A stretch of 64,000 nt of DNA from Acidobacteriota bacterium (GCA_965217775.1 CBDCJH010000002.1:2112001-2176000), one strand, 5' to 3'; shown: positions 17,701 to 27,867, counted from the first letter of the stretch. The notes: generated by a model from the sequence alone, not told the origin. A program made the numbers and translations.

Positions 17701-17900
17701 AACGATGCCAGGGCCTCCTGCGGCTCCTTGGGCGGAACCGGCTGGAGATACTCGGCCAAGGCCGCCTCGTCCCGGGAAATGTCCACGATCTCGCGGAACG
17801 GATCCCGCGTGTCTTCGTCAACCCCGCAAGCCAGGAACGGGATCAGAAACGCTCCGGCGACGAAACGTCCAGCCGTTCGCAGACACAGATTGGACTCCAT
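14733..17900 (-). CDS. PVC-type heme-binding CxxCH protein (membrane-bound dehydrogenase-like, HEAT repeats, cytochrome c)
   Basis: GFRMEMVAHEPLVNDPV; DNWFRPVN; RGRIYR; CLKCH; SLMPEGLE. Confidence 0.92.
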   Translation of the reverse strand: MESNLCLRTAGRFVAGAFLIPFLACGVDEDTRDPFREIVDISRDEAALAEYLQPVPPKEPQEALASFEAVDGFRMEMVAHEPLVNDPVAAAFDENGRLYVAEMRDYPYQPGPGEKPIGVVRLLEDTDGDGTLDQSHVFADELLWPTGVTVWNGGVYVTAPPDIWYLKDTDGDAKADIRKKVYSGFGHQNEQQMMNSIIMGVDHWIYGIASGNAGEIRSLENPDSRPVSLGARDFRFDPVSGRFETTTQTFQFGHAFDQWFNRFVCNQGMPGCHVVLPARYLERNPYLFVNLHRWLGPGANQVKPLVQGQTRLYKISPVEGWRTIRQARRIFAGSSSRSAGVGHDYLTAGSGVTMYTGHAYPEKYRGSYFMGANTGNLIHRRVLIDDGVTFRSERGEAEGSEFVRTADNWFRPVNAVNAPDGTVYFLDMSRELIEATHVPGRVMKHLDFTSGRDRGRIYRLAPPGFVSPPPPRLGEATIEELVAHLEHDGGWWRATAHRLIREREDRSAAPLLRRLLRESSRPLARMHALWSLEGLGSLRDRDLLRGLGDPEAGVRVHAVRLAESRLNRSRALFRKVSDLAQDPEIRVRFQVALSLGEVRGQRALPALVRIAREDTGDFWVRNAVLSSCAEFGHQLFARLANEETFLAQPKSVQWLSRLARAVGARERARELRRVLGVMAANPVLAARPSARQEIILGMAEGLAYSGGSLLGLRRLPASAASMIKAHMERAGKIVADESASLGDRLESIRLLHHDRLARVKPVLASLVDPQQPQDLQIAAIDALAGFQSPEIPGLLLEDWMAHSPRTRSKILETLFARQEWTSALLEAVSEESVAANQIDAKRRDLLVNHDDETIRERAARLLGSEELGSRKDVLVEFQASLSLTGDHKRGEAVYRRECLKCHRLSSREHPIGPNLIRGSEKDPESLLVNILDPNRFVEPQYLQYVATDLKGGLYTGLLTDETATSVTLVEGDDLRNTLLRENIREIRATTNSLMPEGLEETINHQEMADLISFILKYQYEVGTESAGIGYGEEVYEEMMLHPSLRPENQDPQKGN

Positions 17901-17956
17901 ACTTCACGCCTCCCGATGTCACCGGGCCCTTCAGAGGGCGGCGACTCAATTTCGAA

Positions 17957-19375
17957 TCAGGTCAATCGTCCCCGGGGTCGCTTGTCCATGATCTTGCCGG
18001 CCACCCTGAGGAAATTGCCGCCGATGATCTTGCGAATGTCGTCGTCCGAGTAGCCTCTCACCACCAACCCCACCGTCAGATAGGGAGCGTTGACCCAGGA
18101 CAGGGGACGGGGCCCGGTCTCCCATTCCCAGTAGGTCCGCGTGCCCTTGAAGCCGGTGGCCAGAAACTTCCGGGGTTTCAGGATCTTAACGATTTCCGGA
18201 GCCTGCACGGCCCGGCCCATGGGACCCTGGTCCGAGGCCAGGCCCACATGGTCCACACCCACCAGCTTGACCGCATGGTCCAGGTGCCGGTAGACGGCCT
18301 CCGCACCGAATCCACCCAACAGGTTGGGCACGGTGATGATTCCGATCATTCCCCCTCTGTCGGCCGTACTTCGAATCGCCTCGTCGGTGGCGTTTCGATT
18401 TGGGCTCTTGCCTCCGCGGGACAGCGCCCGGCAAGCCGTGTGGCTGATGAGTACCGGTTCCTGCGAGGCCTGGATGGCGTCCAACGTCGTCTGGGTTCCG
18501 CAGTGGGAAAGATCCACCATCATCCCCAGTTGGTTCATGCGCCGGATGACGGACTCCCCCATCTCCGTGAGGCCCGCGTCCGTCTCCTGATAGTGGGAAG
18601 TTCCCAACTGGTTCCGGGTGCTGTTGGTCAACTGGCAGTGGCGGACGCCGAACCCATAGAAAAAGTCGAGACTCTTGATGGGATCCTTGATGTGTGGGCC
18701 GGCGAAACAGGCGTCGGGGCGGCCTACGTGCCAGATGACGGCATGCTTCCCGGCTCGCTTGAACTCGGGAAGATCCTCGATTCGCAGAAACTTTTCCATG
18801 TAGGACAAGTGGTCGAAGGCGTAGGTGGCGCTGGCCAGGTACTCGAGGGAACCCCGGTCCCCTTCCCCTTCCGGAGCCCAGGCCACGTCGGCGAGGCCCA
18901 GGTCGATCTGGGCCGATTCCCACGCCAGCCGGTGGTTGGCCCGAAAACCGGGATCGTGGACCACCTCCAGCGCGCGCCATTTCTGAATCTGCGGCCGGAC
19001 GGTGGACCTGAACAGCTCTAGTTTCCGTTCCGGGTCCGGCTCCCGGTCCAGAACCTCAAGCGCCCAAGCCTTCATGGATTCGGAGTAGAACCCGGTCACG
19101 TGAACTGGATTGGACCCTCCGTAGAGATCGCAGACCATGGATTCCCGATGGAGCTCGAGTCCATGCTCCAACTGGGCCGGTGTCGGCTTGATTTCGTCCA
19201 GAATGGCTTTTCTGGCCCCGTCGATATGTCCTCTGAACCTACGGGTGGCCAGACCAGCGTATTCCTTTGCCGCCGCCTTCGCCTGCGGGCTCCCGACGGG
19301 GCCCTGGGCGAGCAACGACACGGCGCCCACCTGGACCAGGAACCGCCGACGATCGGTCGCAGACTGTAGAGTCAT
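17957..19375 (-). CDS. Membrane dipeptidase (peptidase M19) family, Tat signal
   Basis: DRRRFL; GLTEMGESVIRRMNQLGMMVDLSH; SHT; RNATD; HVGLASD; GGNFLRV. Confidence 0.9.
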   Translation of the reverse strand: MTLQSATDRRRFLVQVGAVSLLAQGPVGSPQAKAAAKEYAGLATRRFRGHIDGARKAILDEIKPTPAQLEHGLELHRESMVCDLYGGSNPVHVTGFYSESMKAWALEVLDREPDPERKLELFRSTVRPQIQKWRALEVVHDPGFRANHRLAWESAQIDLGLADVAWAPEGEGDRGSLEYLASATYAFDHLSYMEKFLRIEDLPEFKRAGKHAVIWHVGRPDACFAGPHIKDPIKSLDFFYGFGVRHCQLTNSTRNQLGTSHYQETDAGLTEMGESVIRRMNQLGMMVDLSHCGTQTTLDAIQASQEPVLISHTACRALSRGGKSPNRNATDEAIRSTADRGGMIGIITVPNLLGGFGAEAVYRHLDHAVKLVGVDHVGLASDQGPMGRAVQAPEIVKILKPRKFLATGFKGTRTYWEWETGPRPLSWVNAPYLTVGLVVRGYSDDDIRKIIGGNFLRVAGKIMDKRPRGRLT

Positions 19376-19558
19376 CTCGATTCCCTCCGATAATTCCCGG
19401 TCAGTCTACTACGACACCCGGAGGTTCGCGCGTCCCGCCCCGGTCCCTGCCGCCCGGGAACCGGGCCGATCTGGGCGGTCATGGTATCCTGCGTCTTGCC
19501 GGTGCTCCATGGACCGGAGACGGAAAACGTGAGCGCATCTCCTCGTTTTGCTTCCTCC

Positions 19559-20794
19559 ATGATCCTCCCCTATATCGCTGTTGTGCTCTGTCTGGCGGGA
19601 GGAATCCGGAGCCAGTCCGTCCCGTCGCCTGACAGCGCCATGGAGAAGATGAAGCTGCACCAGGACTACCTGGGAGCGCTGGCCGATCTCGAACAACTGC
19701 TGAAGGCTCCCAACCCTTCGCCGGTCATCTACTATCTGGCCGGTATCTGTCAGACCTCCCTTCGCAACTACCCGGAAGCCATAGAGAACTTCCGACAAGC
19801 CATGGACAAGGGTCTGGACAGTTGGGAGCTGAGGCTGAGCCTGGGAGTCGCGTTCGCCCGCATGGGCCGGGATGCGGACGCCCGCCGGGAGTTGGAGCTG
19901 GTGCTTCAGCTCCGGCCCGACGAGCCGACCACTCTCTTCCACCTGGGAGAGCTGGATCTGAAGGAAGGCCTTTACCCCGCGGCGGAAAGGAATTTCCGCC
20001 AGGTCCTGCGCCTTAATCCGGGCCACGAGAACATCCTCTTCAATCTGGGGACCAGCCTTCTGCGCCAGGGAAAAGAGGCGGAAGGCCGGGCGGTCCTGAA
20101 GAACCACCGGCAGAGAGCGCACTTGCGGGGACGGCTCAAGACACTTCGATGGATGTCCGCCTCGCCCCGGGCCAGCGCGGAAGTGTTCGCCGACCTGGGA
20201 GACGCGAACCTGGAGATCGGCGATCAGCGGGCCGCTCTGGATGCCTACGCCCGCGCGGAGAGACTGGAGCCGAACACCCATCTGACCGGTTTCGGGCGGG
20301 GCAAGCTCAGTTTCGGACGAGGAGATCTCCATGCCGCCGGCACGCACCTTCGCCGTTATCTTGACCAAGGCGGCCAGAGCTGCGAGGCGTATCTCCTACT
20401 GGCACTGGTGGAACGACGGACCCAGCGCCACCAGGAGGCCCGGGACTCCGCGGCGAAGGGCCTGGACGCCTGTCCCCAAGACGTGGGCCTGCTCTCCACC
20501 GCGGCCCGGCTGGAGATGGAACGGGGCAACCTGGAACAGACCGGCGCCCTGGCCGAGCGGATCATGCGAGTCGATCCCACAGATCCTACGGGCCCCTTCA
20601 TCAGGGCGCTCTCATTCCTCTATCGAAAACGGCTGGACGAGGCCGAACCAATGGCCCGCAAGGCGCTGGAACTGAACGATAAGGATCCCAAGCACCATCA
20701 ACTGCTGGAACGAATCTACCAGTCCATGGGAGCCTTCGAGAAAGCTCGTTTCCACGGCGCCAAGGCGCGGGAGTTGGCGGGGAAGGCGCGATGA
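19559..20794 (+). CDS. Tetratricopeptide repeat protein
   Basis: Signal peptide followed by multiple TPR-like helical repeats. Confidence 0.8.
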   Translation: MILPYIAVVLCLAGGIRSQSVPSPDSAMEKMKLHQDYLGALADLEQLLKAPNPSPVIYYLAGICQTSLRNYPEAIENFRQAMDKGLDSWELRLSLGVAFARMGRDADARRELELVLQLRPDEPTTLFHLGELDLKEGLYPAAERNFRQVLRLNPGHENILFNLGTSLLRQGKEAEGRAVLKNHRQRAHLRGRLKTLRWMSASPRASAEVFADLGDANLEIGDQRAALDAYARAERLEPNTHLTGFGRGKLSFGRGDLHAAGTHLRRYLDQGGQSCEAYLLLALVERRTQRHQEARDSAAKGLDACPQDVGLLSTAARLEMERGNLEQTGALAERIMRVDPTDPTGPFIRALSFLYRKRLDEAEPMARKALELNDKDPKHHQLLERIYQSMGAFEKARFHGAKARELAGKAR

Positions 20795-20795
20795 A

Positions 20796-20820
20796 GAGGG
20801 GGACAAGACTGTCCCCCCTC
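20796..20820. repeat. REP-like palindrome GAGGGGGACAAGACTGTCCCCCCTC
   Basis: Intergenic hairpin with related copies elsewhere in the window. Confidence 0.75.
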
Positions 20821-20903
20821 CCAGGGGCGGCGTGGCGGGTTGCGGGAGGCACTGCTAACATGAGGTTGAACCCACCGAAATCCGGAATGGACGGAGACAT
20901 GCA

Positions 20904-22064
20904 ATGAGAGATGAACGATCCCTTTCACGACGCGAGTGGCTGCGCGGAGGTTTGGCGGCGACCGGCGCTTCGCTCCTTCACTCTTCAGTATTCGGTTTCG
21001 TGCTGCCTCCCGTGGAGACCGGAGAGACGGTGGTGCCCTTCCTGGATCCACAGCCGGTGAATCCGGATCGGTCCATGGTCCAGTGGGACCAGCTCGAATC
21101 CTGGATCACCCCCGAATCGGACTTCTTCAGCGTCAAACACTACGGGGTCCCGGAAGTGGACATGGGGAAGTGGAGGCTGTCCATCGGAGGATTCGTGAAC
21201 CAGCCCCTTTCTTTGACTCTGGAAGACTTGAAGGCCCGTCCCAAGAGTCATTACACCGCCACGCTCGAGTGCTCCGGAAACGGTGCCTCGGAGCGATTCA
21301 TGGGAGCCATCGGCAACGCTCGCTGGAGCGGGACGCGGCTGGGTCCGGTCCTGGAGGAATGCGGTCTGAGCCCGGAGGCCACCGAGGTGGTCTTCTTCGG
21401 AGTGGACCGCGGCAAGGAGGAGATCCGCGGCAACGAGTACGAGCAGAATTTCGGGCGCAGTCTTTCGGTCAAAGAAGCGTTTCGGGATCGGGTCCTGCTG
21501 GCCTACGAGATGAATGGGAAGCCGTTGAGCCAGACCCATGGCGCTCCGCTACGCCTGGTGGTTCCCGGTTGGTACGGAGTGGCCTGGGTCAAGTGGCTCT
21601 GGCGCATCGAGGTCCATGACCGGCGTTTCCTGAGCCGCTTCATGGGACGCGACTACGTTACGATCCGCGGTGAGGAGCGGGACGGCGAAACCATCTGGCG
21701 CGAGACCTCGGTCGGCCGCATGAATCTCAAGTCCATCGTGGCCCGAGTGACCCGTCTGGATGGCGGTGCCGTCCGGGTCATGGGCGCGGTCTGGAACGAC
21801 GGGACTCCGTTGAAGGGGGTCGAGCTGAAGCTGGACGACGGCCCCTGGAGGAAGACCGAGTTGGGCGAGGGGAAGGATTATCCCCACTGCTGGACCTTCT
21901 GGTCCTACGTCTGGAATGATCCCTCTCCGGGCGAGCACACCCTGGTCTCCAGAGCCGTCGACGCTCGGGGCCAGGTCCAGCCGGCGCCGGAAGACGAGAT
22001 GATCCGGCTGAAGAAGACCTACTGGGAAGCCAACCAACAGATCCAGCGGCGGATCCGGCTCTGA
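20904..22064 (+). CDS. Sulfite oxidase family molybdopterin oxidoreductase, Tat-exported
   Basis: SRREWL; TLECSGN; LAYEMNGKPL..HGAPLRLVVPGWYG..VKWL. Confidence 0.92.
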   Translation: MRDERSLSRREWLRGGLAATGASLLHSSVFGFVLPPVETGETVVPFLDPQPVNPDRSMVQWDQLESWITPESDFFSVKHYGVPEVDMGKWRLSIGGFVNQPLSLTLEDLKARPKSHYTATLECSGNGASERFMGAIGNARWSGTRLGPVLEECGLSPEATEVVFFGVDRGKEEIRGNEYEQNFGRSLSVKEAFRDRVLLAYEMNGKPLSQTHGAPLRLVVPGWYGVAWVKWLWRIEVHDRRFLSRFMGRDYVTIRGEERDGETIWRETSVGRMNLKSIVARVTRLDGGAVRVMGAVWNDGTPLKGVELKLDDGPWRKTELGEGKDYPHCWTFWSYVWNDPSPGEHTLVSRAVDARGQVQPAPEDEMIRLKKTYWEANQQIQRRIRL

Positions 22065-22068
22065 CCGA

Positions 22069-23127
22069 ATGGGAAAACGTCTGGCTGTCTTTGGCGCCGG
22101 CGCCATCGGGGGCCAGGTCGGCGCCCGGATGTTCGGCGCGGGACATGACGTCACGCTGATCGAGCCGTGGCCGGAGCAATTCCGGGCCATTCGGGACTCG
22201 GGCCTTCGGATCGAAGACGAAGAAGGACCGGTTCTCTTCCGCCCGCCGGTCGTCCATCCGGACCAACTCCACCTTCCGGACCCGGTGGACATCCTCTTTC
22301 TGGCGGTGAAATCGTACGACTCAGACACCGCCGTGGAGAGGATTCTTCCCCACCTGTCGCCGCAGGCCTGGGTGGTGAGCACCCAGAACGGCATCAACGA
22401 AGAGATCATTGCCCAACGAGTCGAAAGCGGACGGATCCTGGGCGTCGTCATCCTGATCAACGCCGTGTTGGAGGCACCCGGCCGGATCCAAGTCTCCACC
22501 CAGTCCGTCTCCCGGTCCTCCAACCTCAACGCTCCCGGCGCCTACGTGGGTGAGTACGTCGGGTCCTCGGTCAACAAAGCTGAAGAAGTGGCCCATTATC
22601 TGAACGCCGTGTGGCCGACGAAGACCACGGGCGATCTGATGGCCATGCGCTGGACCAAGCTGGCCACCAGCGCCATGGTCAATGCGCTTTCGGGAATCAC
22701 CGGGTTGCGGTCAGCCCCACTCCTGGGTGAGCCGGATGTGCGTAAGATCATGATCCAGTTGGCAGCGGAGGTGGTCCATGTGGCCCGGGCCCATGGACAC
22801 GCCATCCACCGCGTCCTGGGCCACTGCACGCCGGATCAGGTGCTGGCGGCCGCCCGCGGACGGGATGGGACCATGGACCGGCGACTGGCCCGGATGTCGG
22901 AACGGATCAGTCCGGCTGCCGCCACTTCCCTGCTCCAGGACCACTGGAAGGGACGGATCACCGAGGTGGATCACTTCAACGGATTCGTGGTCCGCAAAGG
23001 AAGGGAGAAAGGAGTGCCGACACCGGTCAACGAGGCGGTCCGACAACTCATGAAGCGGATCGAGCGAAAAGAGATCTCCTCCAGACTGCACGCCCTGGAG
23101 CCGCTACTGAGCTTGGTGAACGGGTAG
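22069..23127 (+). CDS. Ketopantoate reductase family protein
   Basis: GAGAIG; FLAVKSYD; QNG; WTKL; SLLQD..GR.TEVD..NG. Confidence 0.88.
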   Translation: MGKRLAVFGAGAIGGQVGARMFGAGHDVTLIEPWPEQFRAIRDSGLRIEDEEGPVLFRPPVVHPDQLHLPDPVDILFLAVKSYDSDTAVERILPHLSPQAWVVSTQNGINEEIIAQRVESGRILGVVILINAVLEAPGRIQVSTQSVSRSSNLNAPGAYVGEYVGSSVNKAEEVAHYLNAVWPTKTTGDLMAMRWTKLATSAMVNALSGITGLRSAPLLGEPDVRKIMIQLAAEVVHVARAHGHAIHRVLGHCTPDQVLAAARGRDGTMDRRLARMSERISPAAATSLLQDHWKGRITEVDHFNGFVVRKGREKGVPTPVNEAVRQLMKRIERKEISSRLHALEPLLSLVNG

Positions 23128-23130
23128 GGG

Positions 23131-23234
23131 CAGGAGGGGGGACATTCCTGTCCCCCATAGGAGGGGGGACATTTTGTCCCCTATTCTTGATTTGGGGGCG
23201 ACGACGAAGAGGGGGACAAAATGTCCCCCCTCCT
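23131..23234. repeat. Cluster of three REP-like GGGGACA-N-TGTCCCC palindromes between convergent genes
   Basis: GGGGGACATTCCTGTCCCCC, GGGGACATTTTGTCCCC and GGGGGACAAAATGTCCCCC read directly. Confidence 0.8.
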
Positions 23235-24192
23235 ATAAGACCTCCGGATTGACGCAGTGCCGGGGCCGTCTTCCCTCCAGCACGGCCAACATGTCGTTGG
23301 CCATGGAACGCCCGACCCGGTCCATGGCCAGGTAGCTCATCCCCAGGGAGTGGGGCGCGAAAAGGCACCTGGGGTTTTTGAAGATCCGGTGGGAGACGTC
23401 GGGCGGTTCGGTGGGAAACACGTCCAGTCCCACGTAGCTGAGTTGTCCGTCTTCAAGCGCGTCGGCGAGGGTGTCGAGACCATCGGTGATGCCGCCGCGG
23501 GCCAGGTTCAGCAGCACCGCTCCCCGTTTCATGCCGGCGACGGCCTCCCGGTCGATCATGCCGCGGGTCTCGTCATTCAGGAGCATGTGCAAGGAGACAT
23601 AGTCGGACTGGGCCAGCAATTGCTTCAATGCAACCTTTCGGACTCCGAACTCGGCCATTCGATCGGCGTCAACGTATGGGTCGTAGCCCAGGACCGTCAC
23701 TTCGAAGGGTTGCAGCAGCCTGGCCAGATACGACCCGATCCGGCCCAATCCCACGATGCCGAACGTGTGGCCGGCCACGTCCCCGACCAGTTCGTCGTAA
23801 CGGCGCTCCCAGTTGCCGCTTCGGACCGCGGCGTCCATGATGCGCATGTTCTTGACCAGGCAGAGCAGCATCCCCAGGGCCCCTTCGGCAACGGAGAATC
23901 CGCCCACCGGGGCGATGATGAGGGGAATCGACCGGCGGGTCAGGGCCGGAACGTCCACGTTGTCGTACCCGACGCCGGTCCTGCCCACGACCTTGAGATC
24001 GGGGGCGGCCTCCACCAATTCGCGGGTGATCCGGGCCTCCCCCCGGGCGACGATCCCGATCATTCCCGAGAGCAGACCCATCAGGGTCGTCTGGTCGGTG
24101 CTGGGCGAGGTCACCGTGGGAGCATGGGCCTCCAGCAACTCGATCACGATCTCTTCCACCGGGGCCGTCACCAGGATTCTCTTCTGAGTCAT
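23233..24192 (-). CDS. D-isomer specific 2-hydroxyacid dehydrogenase
   Basis: GVGYDNVD; GIVGLGRIG; NLARG; LDVFPTEP; PH. Confidence 0.92.
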   Translation of the reverse strand: MTQKRILVTAPVEEIVIELLEAHAPTVTSPSTDQTTLMGLLSGMIGIVARGEARITRELVEAAPDLKVVGRTGVGYDNVDVPALTRRSIPLIIAPVGGFSVAEGALGMLLCLVKNMRIMDAAVRSGNWERRYDELVGDVAGHTFGIVGLGRIGSYLARLLQPFEVTVLGYDPYVDADRMAEFGVRKVALKQLLAQSDYVSLHMLLNDETRGMIDREAVAGMKRGAVLLNLARGGITDGLDTLADALEDGQLSYVGLDVFPTEPPDVSHRIFKNPRCLFAPHSLGMSYLAMDRVGRSMANDMLAVLEGRRPRHCVNPEVL

Positions 24193-24328
24193 GGAGGTTT
24201 CCTATCCTTAGTCAGTGTCTACGTTTAGGGATCGTACGGACCTTGTCGGGTTGCACCCACTTCGCTACCATTGTCCAATCGGTTCCGACAACCGGAACCC
24301 GTCGATCAAACCTGACGGAGTATGAGCC

Positions 24329-25657
24329 ATGAGTCAATCTTCCATCAACAGGCGATCCTTCCTGTCCCATTCGGCCGGCGCCGGAGCCGGACTCGCACTG
24401 GCCGGATTTCCCGCCATAGCCAAATCCCGGGACGTAAACGGTCAGATCCGGGTCGGCATCGCCGGTCCCGGCGGCCGCGGCAGGGGCATCATGAGGGAGT
24501 TCTTCGAGCATAATCAGCGTTTCAACGCCCGCCTCACGGCGGTTTGCGACGTCTGGAACGACGCTCGGGAGCAAGCGAAGGCACTGACCGAGGAACGGCA
24601 GGGAACGACCCCGAAGGTCTACAGCCACCACGAGCAGATCGTGAACGACCCGGATATCGACGCTCTCATCATCGCCACTCCGGATCACGCCCACGCCCAG
24701 ATCCTCGAAATGGCCGCCCAAGCGGGCAAGGACGCCTACTGCGAGAAGCCCATGGGCAACGTCCTGTCGGAGACCAACGCGGCGCTGGACGCGGTGAAGA
24801 AAGCGGGCAGCGTCGTCCAGATCGGCACCCAGCGGCGAAGTTCCCCCAAGTACCGGCAGGCGGCCAAGATGATCGAGGACGGGATCATCGGAGACGTGGT
24901 CAAGGTCGACCTCCACTGGAGCTGGTACAGCCCCTACCGCTGGGCCAAGAAGGACCAGGACCTGGCGAAGATCAAGGAAAGCGACGTGGATTGGAACACC
25001 TGGCTCATGGGGAAACCGCACCGCCCCTTCGACCCCAGGGTGTTCCGCTGCTTCCGCCTCTGGAAGGACTTCTCCAGCGGCATCATCGACCAGTGGATGA
25101 CCCACGGCATCGACTTGGCCCACATGCTCACCGGCACCTCCTATCCCCTGAGCGCCGTGGCCCACGGCGGCATCTACGCCTGGAAGGACTGGAGGGAGAA
25201 CGCCGACACCATCGAGGTCTCTCTGGAGTACGAGAAGAACGGCCGAAAGTTCTTGACCGTCTATTCCACCAACCTGATCAACGGATACGGGAAAGCCACC
25301 CAGTTGCACGGCACCCTGGGCAGCTTCGAGGCCGGAGGCTCCAACAATCGTGAGGACTGGAGCAAGGGCCGGGCCGAGTCCAGCGCCAACCCCAACGTCC
25401 CCTGGCACTTCTCGGGCCGGGGAGTGAAGGCCGAGGGCAAGATCGAGGATCAGGTCCCCATTCCTGACGCTCCGGGCGAAAGGAGCCACGTGGCCAACTG
25501 GCTTGACGCCGTTCGCACCCGGGACAGCAAGAGGCTGTACTGCCCCGTAGAGGCCGGATACGGTCATTCCATCGCCTGCATCATGTCCACCGATTCCTAT
25601 TGGAGCGGCCGGCGCTTGACCTTCGATCCCGTCAAGCGGACGATTCAGGCTGGCTGA
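24329..25657 (+). CDS. Gfo/Idh/MocA oxidoreductase, Tat-exported
   Basis: NRRSFL; GPGGRG; ATPDHAH; YCEKP; QIGTQRRS. Confidence 0.92.
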   Translation: MSQSSINRRSFLSHSAGAGAGLALAGFPAIAKSRDVNGQIRVGIAGPGGRGRGIMREFFEHNQRFNARLTAVCDVWNDAREQAKALTEERQGTTPKVYSHHEQIVNDPDIDALIIATPDHAHAQILEMAAQAGKDAYCEKPMGNVLSETNAALDAVKKAGSVVQIGTQRRSSPKYRQAAKMIEDGIIGDVVKVDLHWSWYSPYRWAKKDQDLAKIKESDVDWNTWLMGKPHRPFDPRVFRCFRLWKDFSSGIIDQWMTHGIDLAHMLTGTSYPLSAVAHGGIYAWKDWRENADTIEVSLEYEKNGRKFLTVYSTNLINGYGKATQLHGTLGSFEAGGSNNREDWSKGRAESSANPNVPWHFSGRGVKAEGKIEDQVPIPDAPGERSHVANWLDAVRTRDSKRLYCPVEAGYGHSIACIMSTDSYWSGRRLTFDPVKRTIQAG

Positions 25658-25670
25658 GCTCGATTTTCCC

Positions 25671-25712
25671 GAAAGGGCCTGCATCCACCGGGGTGCAAGC
25701 CTTTTCTTTTTT
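25671..25712 (+). terminator. Probable intrinsic terminator
   Basis: GC-rich hairpin followed by a T-rich tract just after the stop codon. Confidence 0.6.
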
Positions 25713-25805
25713 GCGGCCGCCGTGGAAATCCCGGGCGCCGATTGCGAGCGATCGAGCGTCCCGCCGTGTGAGGCTCCGTCATCATTCTGTTTCAAGGAGG
25801 GTTCC

Positions 25806-26864
25806 ATGGCGTCCATCGAGATCCTGGGCACGGGCCGAATCGACGAGCGTGAGTCGGCATTTCCCCAGGCGGTCCAACTCCCCGACGGAGACATCCTCTG
25901 CTCCTTTAATGTCGGTGGCGGCGCTCACGCCACCGGCGGCTCGGACTGGGCCCGCTCCACTGACGGAGGCGAAACCTGGGAGGTGGAAGGCACGCTTCTG
26001 CCTCGCAAGGAAGACTCCACCAACGCGTTGAAGCTGAGCCTTTCGGCCGACGGCCGGACCGTCTATGCCTACGGCTCCCGTCACTTCACGCGAGCTACGA
26101 AGGTGTTCGGTGACTCCGAGAATGAGCCCGTCTTCCTCCGCTCCTTGGACGGAGGACGGAACTGGTCCCCTCCCCGCTCCGTCCCCATGCAGGGGCACAG
26201 GAAGCTGGAGATCTCGCACGGAATCCTCCCCCTGCGGTCCGGCCGCCTGCTGGCGCCGGCCGCCACCCTCGATTCCAAGGACACGTTGGGCAAGCAGGTC
26301 CTGGCCGCCGTGTCCGACAACGGCGGGGAGACGTGGCCGCGCCATGCAATCGTGTTCGAAGACCCGGAGGCGAAGCTGGGGTACCTGGAGCAGAAGCTGG
26401 CCCAGACCGATGAGGGCCTGCTCATCGCCACCTGCTGGACCGTGACCCTGGGGGAGGTGGTCGACGAGGAAGACTCGTTCGTGATCTCCCGGGACGACGG
26501 CCTCACCTGGAGCGTTCCCCGCAGTACCGGTATTCGGGGCCAGACCATGACTCCCATCCCTCTGGGCGGCGACCGGCTCCTGGTCCTCTACAACCGGCGG
26601 TACGGGGATCAGGGAATTGTGATGAACCTGGTCACCTTCACTCCCGAAGGATGGGAGATCCACTACGAGGGACTGATGTACGATCCCGGAACCCGCCGGG
26701 ATCGGCCGGCTGGTCTGGCCACGGGGGTGGAGGAGTTCGGAGGCTTCCAGTTCGGGTTCCCCACCGCCATCCGCCTCCAGGACGGCGACTTCCTGGCCAC
26801 GCACTGGTCCCGGGAAGGGGGCCGGTTCGGCGTGCGCTGGACCCGCCTGAGGATCGACTGGTAG
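25806..26864 (+). CDS. BNR/Asp-box (sialidase-like) protein
   Basis: Four SxDxGxTW Asp-boxes; AGGAGG RBS. Confidence 0.85.
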   Translation: MASIEILGTGRIDERESAFPQAVQLPDGDILCSFNVGGGAHATGGSDWARSTDGGETWEVEGTLLPRKEDSTNALKLSLSADGRTVYAYGSRHFTRATKVFGDSENEPVFLRSLDGGRNWSPPRSVPMQGHRKLEISHGILPLRSGRLLAPAATLDSKDTLGKQVLAAVSDNGGETWPRHAIVFEDPEAKLGYLEQKLAQTDEGLLIATCWTVTLGEVVDEEDSFVISRDDGLTWSVPRSTGIRGQTMTPIPLGGDRLLVLYNRRYGDQGIVMNLVTFTPEGWEIHYEGLMYDPGTRRDRPAGLATGVEEFGGFQFGFPTAIRLQDGDFLATHWSREGGRFGVRWTRLRIDW

Positions 26865-26885
26865 GACGTCCCCGAAACGGCACGC

Positions 26886-27677
26886 TCAGCGGCCGGCGGA
26901 CTTGGTGAAACGGACGGCGTGGACCAGATAACGTCGGATCGCATCCAATTGCCAGGTCCACGGCTCAACTTGTTTCACACCCCGAAACGACTCCGCCACA
27001 TGCGGAACCGCCCGGAGAGCATCCTCCAGCCCCTGCGGACCCAGACCGAGAAAGTACCGTCCCATCTGCTCCGACTCCCGGGATGAGGCCGGCTCACGTG
27101 GTTCGGCAGCGCCGGGTTCCGCGACGGCCTCGGCCATGTCGGTCACCACGACCCCCGTCCCGCCTGGGGCGATCAGATCGGTCAAGAGACGAACGTGTGC
27201 GTCTCGGACCCGCAGCATGGTCCGGTCGCGGCGGGATCCGGGTGGATGGAGGCGGCTCACCGTCTCCAGGAGTTGGCTTACCACACAGGTGGAGACCACG
27301 AGTTCGAAGTCTTTGGCCGGGACCTTCGCCGTGTCGGCATCCGGACCGCCGAGGCCCGAAAGGTCCAGATCGTCCCGCAAGTGAATGTTGGAACCCTCCG
27401 GAATCCCTTGTCTCAGAAGCGCCTGCTCCATGGCCTCCCGGTCCAGGTCGAAGAGATGGATCTCACCGCACTCGGCGGCCAACTGGCGCAGATCCAGGTC
27501 GTTGCAGTTCCCCGCCCCCAGGATCGCCACCCTGCCCTGCAGCCGGCTCTCGGCGCCCAGCAGGTCCATGACCCGGTTTCGATGCCTGCTGAAGAAGTCC
27601 CAGTTTTTCCGCGTGCTTCGGTTGACGATCCGATGCGCCTGGCTTCTCTGCCGGAGTTCATCTCCGAGTCGACTCAC
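26886..27677 (-). CDS. Hypothetical SAM-methyltransferase-like protein
   Basis: VAILGAGNCNDLDL..IHLFDLD glycine loop. Confidence 0.6.
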   Translation of the reverse strand: MSRLGDELRQRSQAHRIVNRSTRKNWDFFSRHRNRVMDLLGAESRLQGRVAILGAGNCNDLDLRQLAAECGEIHLFDLDREAMEQALLRQGIPEGSNIHLRDDLDLSGLGGPDADTAKVPAKDFELVVSTCVVSQLLETVSRLHPPGSRRDRTMLRVRDAHVRLLTDLIAPGGTGVVVTDMAEAVAEPGAAEPREPASSRESEQMGRYFLGLGPQGLEDALRAVPHVAESFRGVKQVEPWTWQLDAIRRYLVHAVRFTKSAGR

Positions 27678-27789
27678 GGCCCTCTCCTCGAATACGTCAT
27701 TTCCACGCTTGCCGTTGGAGTCTGGAATTCTACGCTGTAGCCACCCAGGAGAAAAAGCCGTTATAGAATACGCCCGTCGTTTCACCTCG

Positions 27790-27867
27790 GTGAAGCGGGG
27801 TGAGTTGCGGCGGGGGACCTTTGTTGGCATGTTGAAACAGTTGAACATCAGCAGGGAGGACTTCTGA
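27790..27867 (+). pseudogene. hicA: C-terminal remnant of a HicA toxin
   Basis: VKRGELRRGTFVGMLKQLNISREDF immediately before hicB. Confidence 0.6.
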